From Klebsiella phage KMI7, in sequence record MN101221.1: DNA of 64,000 nt; one strand, 5' to 3'. The notes under the pieces are model-generated. The model worked only from the letters and a program-made list of their open reading frames with translations. It was not told where the DNA came from and searched no databases. The translations under genes and the position numbers were made by a program. Shown here piece after piece: positions 47,980 to 57,001 of the stretch (its first letter is position 1; each line of letters begins with the position of its first letter).

Positions 47980-48627
47980 ATGGCTGAGAGAAATCCCGTA
48001 GATAAACTAGCCTTATTTGATCGGGTAATCTCGTTTGTGATGGGTGTGAAAACATGGAAACAATTGCTGATAAAAATAATTCTAATAATGGTTATGTTTC
48101 TTATGGTAGTAACTTGGTACAAATGGACTGATATATTCCCGATGATAAAAGGTGCCCTTGTAGTCGATACAAGGGCTATCGAAATGGAAAGAACAGAAAA
48201 GTTTAATCAATCCGCGTTGGAACAGTTGAGCATAGTTCATCTTACTTCCAACGCGGATTTTTCGGCGGTACTGGCATTCAGACCAAAGAACATAAACTAT
48301 TTTGTTGACATTGTAGAATATCAGGGAAAATTACCATCCCAGATCGATCCTAAAAACCTCGGCGGTTATCCGATCGATAAAACATCCGAAGAATACACGA
48401 ATCATATAAATGGCTTGTATTATTCATCCACTAAAGCAAGTTCCTACCTACCGACACGTGATTTTGTGCCAGTAGCTTATACTTTTAGTTGCCCTTATTT
48501 TAATCTTGATAACTACTATTCTGGATCGGTTTTGATGGAATGGTACGCAAAGCGGCCTGATATACCAGATATGAAGCTAAACATCATATGTGGACAGGCC
48601 GCGCGTATTTTAGGTCGAGCGAGGTGA
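47980..48627 (+). CDS. t: holin T
   Basis: 215 aa; single N-proximal TM; LEQL.IVH..S.ADFSAV..FRPKN.NYFVDI..Y.GKLPS.I..K.LGGYP.DKT and C-terminal ICGQAARILGRA match T4 T holin. Confidence 0.9.
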   Translation: MAERNPVDKLALFDRVISFVMGVKTWKQLLIKIILIMVMFLMVVTWYKWTDIFPMIKGALVVDTRAIEMERTEKFNQSALEQLSIVHLTSNADFSAVLAFRPKNINYFVDIVEYQGKLPSQIDPKNLGGYPIDKTSEEYTNHINGLYYSSTKASSYLPTRDFVPVAYTFSCPYFNLDNYYSGSVLMEWYAKRPDIPDMKLNIICGQAARILGRAR

Positions 48628-48897
48628 TTAACGTAATGCTGGTGTTAAATTGTGTGATCTTCCAATAGCCCGTTTGATTGCTTTAAAGAAGTTCATCACC
48701 GGGCTATTTTTCTCGTAAATATCCCAAACTTTCAATTTGTCCCACGGATCCGGAACATAATCTTCATTCCTTGCCGAAACCCCCAACGTAACCCGCCTGT
48801 ATCCAGCGCTGTCGTGATAATACACGAAGAATGGCCTACCTATTGGCGCAACTTTACAACCTCTCTTAGCGGCTCTCATAGCCTCATCGAACGTCAT
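48628..48897 (-). CDS. DUF2829-like small protein (possible Tad2-like), copy 1
   Basis: track TTG start trimmed to ATG (MTFDEAMRAAKRGCKVAPIG...) resembling the MxFxEAL.ALK.GKKV.R..W N-terminus of DUF2829. Confidence 0.4.
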   Translation of the reverse strand: MTFDEAMRAAKRGCKVAPIGRPFFVYYHDSAGYRRVTLGVSARNEDYVPDPWDKLKVWDIYEKNSPVMNFFKAIKRAIGRSHNLTPALR

Positions 48898-49184
48898 TGA
48901 TACCCCCAAAAATTTCTATGCATGAATGGTCGAATTCCGATAGTTTCACTCAAAATGAATATCGGATGATCTAGCTCATCGTGGTTTTCTTCGTCAATGA
49001 CGATATCCCAATCAGTAGCCTTTTGTTCTTCTACCGTGGCAATGAATACCTGGTTTACTTCACACTTGCGGTGTGTACGTCTGATGATTGTATCCCCTTC
49101 ACGAAACACAATCATATCAGGGTTGGTAGTGCGGTACGCGGTTTTACCCGCGCACACTTCATTAAGCATATCTTCGTATGTCAT
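48894..49184 (-). CDS. DUF2829-like small protein, copy 2 (tandem paralog)
   Basis: MTYEDMLNEVCAGKTAYRTTNPDMIVFREGDTII; ATGA overlap with copy 1 and TAATG overlap with upstream gene. Confidence 0.4.
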   Translation of the reverse strand: MTYEDMLNEVCAGKTAYRTTNPDMIVFREGDTIIRRTHRKCEVNQVFIATVEEQKATDWDIVIDEENHDELDHPIFILSETIGIRPFMHRNFWGYQ

Positions 49185-49981
49185 TATAAAACCTTTACAC
49201 GTTGAACGATGGTTTGTTTAACGTCTTTGTATTCTCCGTGCTCTTTAACGGTTGCTTTGAAAGTGATTTCATCACCTTCGTTTGCAATGTTATTACCGAA
49301 GTAAACAACAACATTACCATCAACATTAATTTTGGTCATGAATCTTTCCACAGAAGTGTAGTAAGAAACTTGAGTATATCCCAGTGAAATCACTTTCTCA
49401 ACGGTTCCGGTCATTTCCAGACGTTGTTTGATTTCACCGATGTGGTTAGCTTTAGAAATGCGTTCCTGGCGCTCTTGTTCCCACTGTTCGCGGATTTCTT
49501 CGCGTTTGGCGATATAATCCTTCTCCAGTGCAACACCCATGCAGTAAGCGCACACGGCGTCAAATACAGGGCTGTTTTTGTTGTCTTCTTTAGACTGGTC
49601 AGCCCACCAAAGAACAGTAAACATTGGCATTTCTGCAATTACTTCGCCTTTACGCTTGCCAATCGGCATGATCCCTTTTTCCAGCAGTTCCAGTTTTTCA
49701 GTATCGAACACTGACAGTTTACCGCGACGTTCGAACAGATCGAAATCTGCAAAGCCCTGGAATACCATTTTGAAAGTATCAGTTTCAGTTAAACGGGCTG
49801 AAACACGGTCGAAATACTCACGCGCTTTCGCTTCCGCTTTCTCCGGATCGGTAGATAAGTTGCAGATATAGTTATCAGAAGTATAACCGCCACCTCTACG
49901 CTCAACACGCAAGGTATACATTGCATTTTTACGACCAGAAGAAATGAAGTAAGTGGTAGTAACTACGGTTGCGTTAGTCAT
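49184..49981 (-). CDS. hypothetical protein (265 aa)
   Basis: track ORF trimmed to ATG with AAGGAGAAATACC SD lying downstream of the cassette promoter. Confidence 0.5.
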   Translation of the reverse strand: MTNATVVTTTYFISSGRKNAMYTLRVERRGGGYTSDNYICNLSTDPEKAEAKAREYFDRVSARLTETDTFKMVFQGFADFDLFERRGKLSVFDTEKLELLEKGIMPIGKRKGEVIAEMPMFTVLWWADQSKEDNKNSPVFDAVCAYCMGVALEKDYIAKREEIREQWEQERQERISKANHIGEIKQRLEMTGTVEKVISLGYTQVSYYTSVERFMTKINVDGNVVVYFGNNIANEGDEITFKATVKEHGEYKDVKQTIVQRVKVL

Positions 49982-50014
49982 GGTATTTCTCCTTAAAGGG
50001 TATCTCGTTTCGAT

Positions 50015-50060
50015 ATGGCTAATATAGCAAAAGCCCTTGACTTCGGTCAAGGGCTTTTTT
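50015..50060 (-). promoter_or_regulatory. terminator-promoter cassette family A (PeSL-like), leftward
   Basis: palindromic hairpin GCCCTTGACTTCGGTCAAGGGC 50033-50054 with embedded TTGAC; - sense CTTTTGCTATATT extended -10; followed by ATCGAAAC. Confidence 0.7.
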
Positions 50061-50074
50061 CATTTATTGCGAAA

Positions 50075-50407
50075 TTATAAGAAGAACCCAGTGCGAACAA
50101 TCAGATCGATTTTCTTTTCTGGTTCAAACGGTGATTTGCTATCGATGTTACACTGATAGAACATACCAACATACTTTTCAGGAATGTTGGATTCACGCGC
50201 CCATTTCAGGTTATCATCGGTATTCGGCCCCAGCATGAGGTTAACAACATCAACAGCATAATCCTGTTCTTTGGTGTTACCGGAACCGTTTACATAATGC
50301 CCGTGGGCGGTTTTGAGGATCTCAATTACTTCGCTATCGTCAGTTTCGACTTTGTAAAGCGTTGTATTTTCAGGAATTTCTTCAAGAATGATCAAAGCGG
50401 TTTTCAT
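50075..50407 (-). CDS. hypothetical protein (110 aa)
   Basis: track ORF trimmed to ATG with AAAGGTAAGTGTG SD (MKTALIILEEIPE...). Confidence 0.45.
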   Translation of the reverse strand: MKTALIILEEIPENTTLYKVETDDSEVIEILKTAHGHYVNGSGNTKEQDYAVDVVNLMLGPNTDDNLKWARESNIPEKYVGMFYQCNIDSKSPFEPEKKIDLIVRTGFFL

Positions 50408-50516
50408 CACACTTACCTTTGTGTTTCTGTTTACGTTTTGCTTCTTTAAATGCTCGCTTGCGATCGCGGTGAGTAGAAGCGCGGTTGAAATCATGTTTCG
50501 CTACCAAATTATTCAT
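50382..50516 (-). CDS. possible small basic protein (44 aa) overlapping the start of ORF 50075-50407
   Basis: MNNLVAKHDFNRASTHRDRKRAFKEAKRKQKHKGKCDENRFDHS; AAGGGG SD 5 nt upstream; below track cutoff. Confidence 0.25.
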   Translation of the reverse strand: MNNLVAKHDFNRASTHRDRKRAFKEAKRKQKHKGKCDENRFDHS

Positions 50517-50539
50517 ATAAGCCCCTTAAAGAAAAATAT

Positions 50540-50560
50540 TTAGGGGCTTTCGCCCCTGTA
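50540..50560 (-). terminator. terminator hairpin AGGGGC-TTTC-GCCCCT (leftward)
   Basis: 6-bp GC stem, followed on the - strand by AAATATTTTTC. Confidence 0.6.
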
Positions 50561-50809
50561 TCAATCCAGCAGTTTGCGGATCTTGTCTGCGATACGTCCG
50601 GCGCGGGTTGCGCTTTCGGTATGATTGCTTTCTTTGGTAGCCAGTTCAGCCATACGAACTTTATGTTCTAATTCCGCTGCTTGGCGATCTTCTGCAACCT
50701 GTGCAACCTGCTCGTTATCGTGAGCAATACGCGCTTCCAGTTCAGACAGGGTTTTGTCGAAAGTTGCTACGATTTCATCTACAGAACGAATTTTATTAAA
50801 CAGTTTCAT
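50561..50809 (-). CDS. hypothetical coiled-coil protein (82 aa)
   Basis: helical, E/A/R-rich. Confidence 0.5.
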   Translation of the reverse strand: MKLFNKIRSVDEIVATFDKTLSELEARIAHDNEQVAQVAEDRQAAELEHKVRMAELATKESNHTESATRAGRIADKIRKLLD

Positions 50810-50845
50810 AATTTATCTCAATTGGTTAGTTTTAATCAGTATACA

Positions 50846-51283
50846 TCAATATGGTTGAAATTCAAAATCATAAATGTCATTCAGTGCGCGGTTCCACTCG
50901 GTGTAGTTTTCACCAGCACCATAACGCATTTGAATAGCACTTTCGAACGTTGATCCGTTGAGGTTCGGGAAACCGAACAGGTTTTTGATTTTGTCATGTG
51001 CTACATAGTACAGAGAAGCACTTTCCAGCATCGCAACCATCGCAGACGGTTCGTGTTCGCGGCGCTTGATACGTAACAGAGTACGACTAGCACCAGTTTT
51101 ACGGCGTTGATTTGGTGCTACGTAGAAACGGAATACTACGCGCCCTGTTTTATCATCAACTACCAGGTAAAACCCGTTTTCTTTCAGATCCACGCCTTCG
51201 AATTTCTTGAAGGTTCCGCGTTTCATGTCACCAATTTTAATTGCATATTTGTGAATGTCAAGTCTTGTCAGAATTCTTTTCAT
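50846..51283 (-). CDS. hypothetical protein (145 aa; start uncertain, alternative ATG at 51226)
   Basis: basic; overlaps upstream membrane-protein ORF by 26 nt if the first ATG is used. Confidence 0.45.
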   Translation of the reverse strand: MKRILTRLDIHKYAIKIGDMKRGTFKKFEGVDLKENGFYLVVDDKTGRVVFRFYVAPNQRRKTGASRTLLRIKRREHEPSAMVAMLESASLYYVAHDKIKNLFGFPNLNGSTFESAIQMRYGAGENYTEWNRALNDIYDFEFQPY

Positions 51284-51632
51284 ATTTTTTAGATACCAGT
51301 TTGCCTAATTTTGTAATTTCGCCTGTTTTTACGTTAACAAACAAGGCGATGCTCAGAAATGGGATGCTAATCACTACGCTGATCAATGTAAACAGAAAAC
51401 GTATCACAAAAAGAACAGCACGTTCAAGATATCGTTGCATCCACGCGATTCCTAAACAACTATACCCTACTATAAAGGTTGATGCAATATAAAATTCACC
51501 AAATCCTTTACGAAATACGTAACCTTTCCCGGATTCTATCCGGTCGTCGGCCCACATTTCACGGGCAGTTTTAAGAATGGATTCACCACTTGCGCGAGTT
51601 TCGTTAGCCGAAGGCATGTTTTTAAATTTCAT
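51258..51632 (-). CDS. hypothetical membrane protein (124 aa)
   Basis: two to three predicted TM helices. Confidence 0.5.
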   Translation of the reverse strand: MKFKNMPSANETRASGESILKTAREMWADDRIESGKGYVFRKGFGEFYIASTFIVGYSCLGIAWMQRYLERAVLFVIRFLFTLISVVISIPFLSIALFVNVKTGEITKLGKLVSKKYEKNSDKT

Positions 51633-51677
51633 GATAGTCTCCTATGCGCCCAGAACTCGCCAGGCGCGGTTGTTTAG

Positions 51678-52577
51678 TTAGTAATGGCTAAAACCATATG
51701 TAACATCAATCATGACTTTATAACGGCATACACGCATTTTTGCGTTATTGTAATCCACTGGGATCGCTACCACGTCAGCAGGATCCACCTTCACCTGAAT
51801 GACTCTACCAACACCGCCCCCGTAGTGTGGAAGGTATGATTTAGCCGCAACGTGTAGGCCAGTAGAACAGGTGCGCGTTTTATCTTCGTCTACCATGTTT
51901 CGAGGCATGGAGACAGTTACACCAGGACTATTATCAAATTTGCCAGTAGCGAGATCTTTATAGTTATCGCGTACACGTTTCCAGGCAAGAAAACAACCAT
52001 CATCGGTCAGTTCAATGTCATTATGTACAAGGAACCCGTAAAGCTGGTATACAGCATCGCGTGAAGGGTTTCGCATCAACCGTTCAAAGAAGTTCACCAG
52101 ATGTTCATACGGACGATCGTTATACATTTCGCGAATGATTCGTTGAGTGATATCAGAATCAAACACTACATCTTTATATAGAAGCTGATGACCAATGATT
52201 TTAATGTTGCCTTTGCTATAGGTTCGGATCGCTTCATGAGTATCCAAACAAGCTACAGCACCTTTGACATCACCAGCTTTCAGCATTTCATGCGCTTTCT
52301 TAAAGTTCGGATGTGTTTCACCCGCCATGAAAACGCGCCCTTCGTATACAACCGTAATGAACGATTCAGATCCGATCATACGCGGTACAGTGTCTGATAC
52401 TTTAGGCTTTTGTTTTACATCCCTTTTCTTAGGGAATTCCGCTAACTTGCGGTTGATAACGCGCCCAATGGTTCGGGCGCTTACGTTGAACTGTTGGGCC
52501 AGTGCTGTTTTACTTGCCCCCGTCAACCATCCATTATAGATAGCTTTCTGTTGTACTTCGTCAAGAATTTTGACCAT
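51678..52577 (-). CDS. rIIB: RIIB protein (membrane integrity / rapid-lysis phenotype)
   Basis: track GTG start trimmed to ATG overlapping rIIA stop (TAATG); N-terminal HTH; NPSRDAVYQLYGFLVHNDIELTDDGCFLAWKRV and C-terminal DYNNAKMRVCRY match T4 rIIB. Confidence 0.85.
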   Translation of the reverse strand: MVKILDEVQQKAIYNGWLTGASKTALAQQFNVSARTIGRVINRKLAEFPKKRDVKQKPKVSDTVPRMIGSESFITVVYEGRVFMAGETHPNFKKAHEMLKAGDVKGAVACLDTHEAIRTYSKGNIKIIGHQLLYKDVVFDSDITQRIIREMYNDRPYEHLVNFFERLMRNPSRDAVYQLYGFLVHNDIELTDDGCFLAWKRVRDNYKDLATGKFDNSPGVTVSMPRNMVDEDKTRTCSTGLHVAAKSYLPHYGGGVGRVIQVKVDPADVVAIPVDYNNAKMRVCRYKVMIDVTYGFSHY

Positions 52578-54838
52578 TATTTCCACCGTATTAATTTCTT
52601 AAACTCACTGAGATTCTTTTCGTTGTTGTAAATCGGACGAATTGAATAAGAATCGCTATGTTCAACAAGTGAAGCCAGTAACGGGTTTAGTGATTTAAAG
52701 ATTTCCCATGCCTGATCAACACGTTTTTTCATATTGCTGCGTTTAACACGCATTGATGCTATAGATTCACGCAGAATCGGACAACGCGCCCTGGAAAGAT
52801 TTCTACCATCTTTCTCATACCCTTCCAGACACACTATACGTTCGAGGGTATCAACAATCTTATACAGTTTTTCATTATATCGGTTTTTCACAATCCGATC
52901 AAGCGATACACCAAAACGGCTATGCAATGCGTCTGTTTCTGTTGAGTGTTCCTTACCAATCCATCCAGGCAAGCAATTATCTTTCAATGCCTTTTCGGAT
53001 TTAACATACTGCTTGCACAGCATATCATCAAAGCATACCAGATTTGAATCCGGGATCCACTTCCAGAGGCTGTTACGGATAGCAAACACAACAGGGATCC
53101 CAGTATGGCGCATGATACGCGATAAAGTAGATTCTTTCATTGCTGAATCCATAGACAACCTGGAATTTTCACCATCTAAGCGGCTATATTCATCAATACC
53201 ATACAACCGAACACCTGGGGCTTTATCCAGTGATAAAAACTCTGATTTTGTCATAAACAGAGAAGTTTTTGCCAGATTGCCGTTACTATCCAACTCATAA
53301 CGATATACGGTCGGGGTTTTTGGGCGCGGTTCTGAATTTTTCGGTGCATATAGCGCTTTTGATTTTTCGCGATCTGCATCATAGATCTCTTTTTCTTTTG
53401 TCATTTCACTGGTACGGAGATACACGATTTCCGATTCATCAAAATGACCTTTCCGAACGATATCATTAACAATCTCACGCTTTGAATCACTATCGTAATA
53501 TGCAACAAAGCTAACACGGCTTAGGTTATGCATTTTAGCATACCCGACGATATACGGTTTAACCGTGTTGGTATCCACTTTTAACAGAATGAGTTTCTTC
53601 TGTTTCCACGGATAATAAATGCGTGTGATGTCCTGGCGTTTGGTTGTTTCTGGCTTATACTTGCTCCAGCGGCCTCCGCTACCCGTTACCTGATACCATG
53701 CATCTTTACCGTCGTATTCGTTCGCCCAATACCCAGCAATATAATCATCATTATATTTGTTTGGTTTGACTAGCTCGCTATGGATCCAGCCAATAGAATC
53801 GCCGTTGATGCGAAAATTAGCATCTTTACCAACAAAGTTTTGTACCATTGAAGGCAGAGAATGGAACCACGTCAGTTTATCACGAACGGTTTGTAACTTA
53901 TCGAATTCTGATTTAACTCGATTGAAATACACCCGGCTGATTTGTTTCAGACGTTCTTTAACAATTCCTACTGTCATTTTATCCATACTCAACTCTTCGC
54001 GAGAAGGCATGAAATCAAGTTCACCGATCGGGAAGTCAATAATATACGTATACTGGCTTTCTGTATAGCAATAGAACATCGAGGTATCATACAAATCTTT
54101 ATCCAGAGGATAAATGATGTTACCCATGCGAGCATATACACCGCTAGTGTATGCTGATTTATGACGGATCACCCCGCTATCGTTGGTTGCTTCTTTCGGC
54201 TGATAGTTGATTTTGAGAATAGAAGCACCAACAAAGTTAGGACGAATATCAGTAAATGATTCGTATACCCTTGCTGCTTCGTTTTCCCATTCTTTGATAT
54301 CTTCAACTTTAACCGGAACAGTGATAGTAACCCCGTTAGGTTCATCACTTTCAATCTCATACAGAGGATCGCAGAACGGTTCCCCATCATCCATATAGAT
54401 TGTGTAACCGCATTTGATACCGTCTTTTACAGATTCAACTGTGAACGCATCGGCATAGCAAAGCGGAGATTTGCAACCCAGACCCATAGAACCGATCAGG
54501 TCGTTTGAATCATTTTTAGTTGATTCGAAGTAAACGGTAAACGCATCACTAACGAAATCAGGAGACATACCGATCCCGTAGTCACGAATAACAAAACGAG
54601 GATCAACAGCAGTTGGCAACTGGACATCAAACGGGTTCTGATTTCCCGCTTCTTTGTGTCCATCGATCGCATTACAAGACAGTTCGCGAATGATTGCGCG
54701 GATCTTGTATTTGTATACTGTCGAAGAAAGGATCTTATACGCTTTCTTGTTTGCGCGTAGAGATAGTTTGTTTCGTCCCTTGCTGGTATCTGTACCAACA
54801 CGGTAGATGGTTTGCGGTGTATCTTCGCGTAATTTCAT
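52577..54838 (-). CDS. rIIA: RIIA protein (GHKL/Bergerat-fold ATPase domain)
   Basis: 753 aa; KILSS.VY..KIRA..REL..N.IDGH (N-box), DYGIGMS (G1), GSMGLGCKSP (G2); collinear with T4 rIIA. Confidence 0.85.
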   Translation of the reverse strand: MKLREDTPQTIYRVGTDTSKGRNKLSLRANKKAYKILSSTVYKYKIRAIIRELSCNAIDGHKEAGNQNPFDVQLPTAVDPRFVIRDYGIGMSPDFVSDAFTVYFESTKNDSNDLIGSMGLGCKSPLCYADAFTVESVKDGIKCGYTIYMDDGEPFCDPLYEIESDEPNGVTITVPVKVEDIKEWENEAARVYESFTDIRPNFVGASILKINYQPKEATNDSGVIRHKSAYTSGVYARMGNIIYPLDKDLYDTSMFYCYTESQYTYIIDFPIGELDFMPSREELSMDKMTVGIVKERLKQISRVYFNRVKSEFDKLQTVRDKLTWFHSLPSMVQNFVGKDANFRINGDSIGWIHSELVKPNKYNDDYIAGYWANEYDGKDAWYQVTGSGGRWSKYKPETTKRQDITRIYYPWKQKKLILLKVDTNTVKPYIVGYAKMHNLSRVSFVAYYDSDSKREIVNDIVRKGHFDESEIVYLRTSEMTKEKEIYDADREKSKALYAPKNSEPRPKTPTVYRYELDSNGNLAKTSLFMTKSEFLSLDKAPGVRLYGIDEYSRLDGENSRLSMDSAMKESTLSRIMRHTGIPVVFAIRNSLWKWIPDSNLVCFDDMLCKQYVKSEKALKDNCLPGWIGKEHSTETDALHSRFGVSLDRIVKNRYNEKLYKIVDTLERIVCLEGYEKDGRNLSRARCPILRESIASMRVKRSNMKKRVDQAWEIFKSLNPLLASLVEHSDSYSIRPIYNNEKNLSEFKKLIRWK

Positions 54839-54848
54839 TGTTTATTTC

Positions 54849-55085
54849 TCACTTAACATTAAAAATAACTTGGTCACAAGAGTACTTCGTTGGCTTTTTG
54901 TTCAGACCATATTCTACTACTTCGCAATAAGTGTCAAGGAATTTTACCAATTTTTCTTCCTCGACCTGCTGTTTCTTCATATCAAGGATACCCATCACAA
55001 TAGCAATGATAATAGAACAGAAGAATACGCAGATCCCAAATATGGTCAGATATTTTCCCAACTTAGGCGCATTATAGCGTGTCAT
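54849..55085 (-). CDS. small membrane protein (78 aa)
   Basis: one N-terminal TM helix. Confidence 0.45.
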   Translation of the reverse strand: MTRYNAPKLGKYLTIFGICVFFCSIIIAIVMGILDMKKQQVEEEKLVKFLDTYCEVVEYGLNKKPTKYSCDQVIFNVK

Positions 55086-55088
55086 ACC

Positions 55089-55643
55089 TTACCCCTCTTT
55101 GCGAATGTACGCAAGTTCTTCATGGGTTACTGGACGGATATACAGACGGCCTTTTGTATATGCCTTGCGCCCACTGATCCAAATGTTTTTCATATCCTTA
55201 ACACCGTTCATCACATCGTTGTAAAACTTCTTATCAGCTTTAGCCTGATAGACTTCACGGCCTTGATAATCTTTCATGAACAAACAATAAAGGATCTCAT
55301 TCTTATCAACTAGATTAGCATCCTTTGTAGTTGTTTTACTTGGTGAAGGTTTAGCACCCAGGCGCAAGGCCATAGCTTGCCACACTTTACCATGTTCATA
55401 ACCGCGCCCGACAAGAGCATGAGCGATTTCGTGTAAAAGAGTGTCTAAAATATCCTCGTAGATATCTTCCGCAACATGACGACCAGATAGCTCGATCAGT
55501 TTTTTGGTATAACTGCAACGGCCCAGAGTTTTTGTAATGCGTCCATTGATCCGGAATGTCCAACCATTACTGATCAAACCGTGTTTTTCCATCATGGTAC
55601 GCGCCCAGTGGGTTACTTCCATTGCACTACGAGTTTTCAACAT
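55089..55643 (-). CDS. SprT-like zinc metalloprotease domain protein
   Basis: track ORF trimmed to ATG with AAGGAGATTCTAAA SD downstream of cassette -10; HExxH motif LLHEIAHALVGRGYEHGKVW; WTFRINGRITKTLGRC. Confidence 0.6.
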   Translation of the reverse strand: MLKTRSAMEVTHWARTMMEKHGLISNGWTFRINGRITKTLGRCSYTKKLIELSGRHVAEDIYEDILDTLLHEIAHALVGRGYEHGKVWQAMALRLGAKPSPSKTTTKDANLVDKNEILYCLFMKDYQGREVYQAKADKKFYNDVMNGVKDMKNIWISGRKAYTKGRLYIRPVTHEELAYIRKEG

Positions 55644-55671
55644 TTTAGAATCTCCTTTGCTTGGTACAAAA

Positions 55672-55712
55672 CCAATATAGCAAAAAGCCCCCTGCATTGC
55701 AAGAGGCTTTGT
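55672..55712 (-). promoter_or_regulatory. terminator-promoter cassette family B (degenerate)
   Basis: AAGCCTCTTGCAATGCAGGGGGCTTTTTGCTATATT on the - strand: TTGCAA-17-TATATT with TG at -15/-14; imperfect stem. Confidence 0.5.
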
Positions 55713-55714
55713 TA

Positions 55715-57001
55715 TTATTTCAACTTCTTAGAAAGTTCTTTTAAATCATTGAGATACTCAATTTTAGGGGTTGTTTCTTCCCAGTATTTCAACTGTTTGC
55801 GCAATTCTTCGGCTTCGTCTTCCAGCTTTTTGCTTTCGTCCGTGGTTAGATGGTAGATGTTCATAGCCACTAACATTTCGGCATGATTCTCGCAACCTAT
55901 CCACGTAGACACAAATTTAACCGCTTCGCTGCGACTAAGGCCACGCAGAGAATCAGGAGATTCTACCATTTGAGTAATAAACGCAACCTTTGCCAGTGCT
56001 TTATCTAACGCTTCCTTAGTTTCCTGGATACGCTTATTGATACGCTGTTGATATACATTCATACGAATATCAACGAAATCCTTTAGAAGCGTTTCAGGGC
56101 GTTCATATGAGTATAATTTACCCTCAAAGATAACGTTAATGTTTGGGTTTGAATTTTCAATCAACCCGAAATCTTTCAGGATCTTTTCGCGGGTTAACCC
56201 GTTGGCATACTCTCGCTTGAGCGTTACTTCATAACGAAAATCTTCTTTCGATAGATCCTTGTAGCTAACGATAACGCCTTTTTCTTCCAGCTTGTCAAGG
56301 ATTGCAATGTATTTCACACGGTCGTACTTCACTGGGATCTCGGTGATCACCAATTTGGTTTTACCTTGCAATTCATACGTGCCGTAAATTGTCCCGTCTG
56401 TGATTTCACCTTTAAAGTAAGGGTATTTCAGATCCAGTGTGAAATCTTTATCATTCAGATATGCAATGCACCCGTTAACAACCGATTTAGGATCATGAGG
56501 CGGAATGTTTGTTGCATATGCTTTTGCAATCCCGCTAAACCCGTTAACCAGTACCATCGGGATGATCGGGAGATAGTACGCTGGCGGTACATGTTCCGGA
56601 TCTTCATGAACTGGCGTTAAATCACCATCCATATAAATTGCTTTGAATATTGGCGATAGTTTACACTTGATGTAACGAGGTGCGCCAGGTTTCTTAACCA
56701 AACGGGAACCAAAGAACCCATCACGGTCGAATAACGGAATGTTATTGCACCAGTGCGCCGCCATAAGGGATAACGCTTCTTCTACAGAGGTTTCCCCGTG
56801 GTGATACCCATACATAGCAACACCGCCAGCGATAGAAGCTACTTTCTGAAATCCCGTTCCGCCCTGCATAGCAGAGTGAATAAAGAAACGGTGAACGGGT
56901 TTAAACCCGTCTACCAGGTGCGGGATCGCACGTGAATAAATCGTGTAAAGGGCAAACGTTAGCCCTTCCACCTGTACAACATCTTTAATACTTCTTTCCA
57001 T
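55715..57001 (-). CDS. 52: DNA topoisomerase II medium subunit gp52 (GyrA-like cleavage-religation domain)
   Basis: 428 aa; winged-helix FKPVHRRF-like start and active-site Tyr region MYGYHHGE; collinear with T4 gp52. Confidence 0.85.
   Translation of the reverse strand: MERSIKDVVQVEGLTFALYTIYSRAIPHLVDGFKPVHRFFIHSAMQGGTGFQKVASIAGGVAMYGYHHGETSVEEALSLMAAHWCNNIPLFDRDGFFGSRLVKKPGAPRYIKCKLSPIFKAIYMDGDLTPVHEDPEHVPPAYYLPIIPMVLVNGFSGIAKAYATNIPPHDPKSVVNGCIAYLNDKDFTLDLKYPYFKGEITDGTIYGTYELQGKTKLVITEIPVKYDRVKYIAILDKLEEKGVIVSYKDLSKEDFRYEVTLKREYANGLTREKILKDFGLIENSNPNINVIFEGKLYSYERPETLLKDFVDIRMNVYQQRINKRIQETKEALDKALAKVAFITQMVESPDSLRGLSRSEAVKFVSTWIGCENHAEMLVAMNIYHLTTDESKKLEDEAEELRKQLKYWEETTPKIEYLNDLKELSKKLK

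Noticed and set aside
52577-54838. 753-aa GHKL ATPase with 302-aa HTH partner as a possible novel MORC-like defence or anti-defence pair
   Set aside because: Alignment by eye to T4 shows these are simply rIIA and rIIB in their canonical position downstream of the topoisomerase genes.
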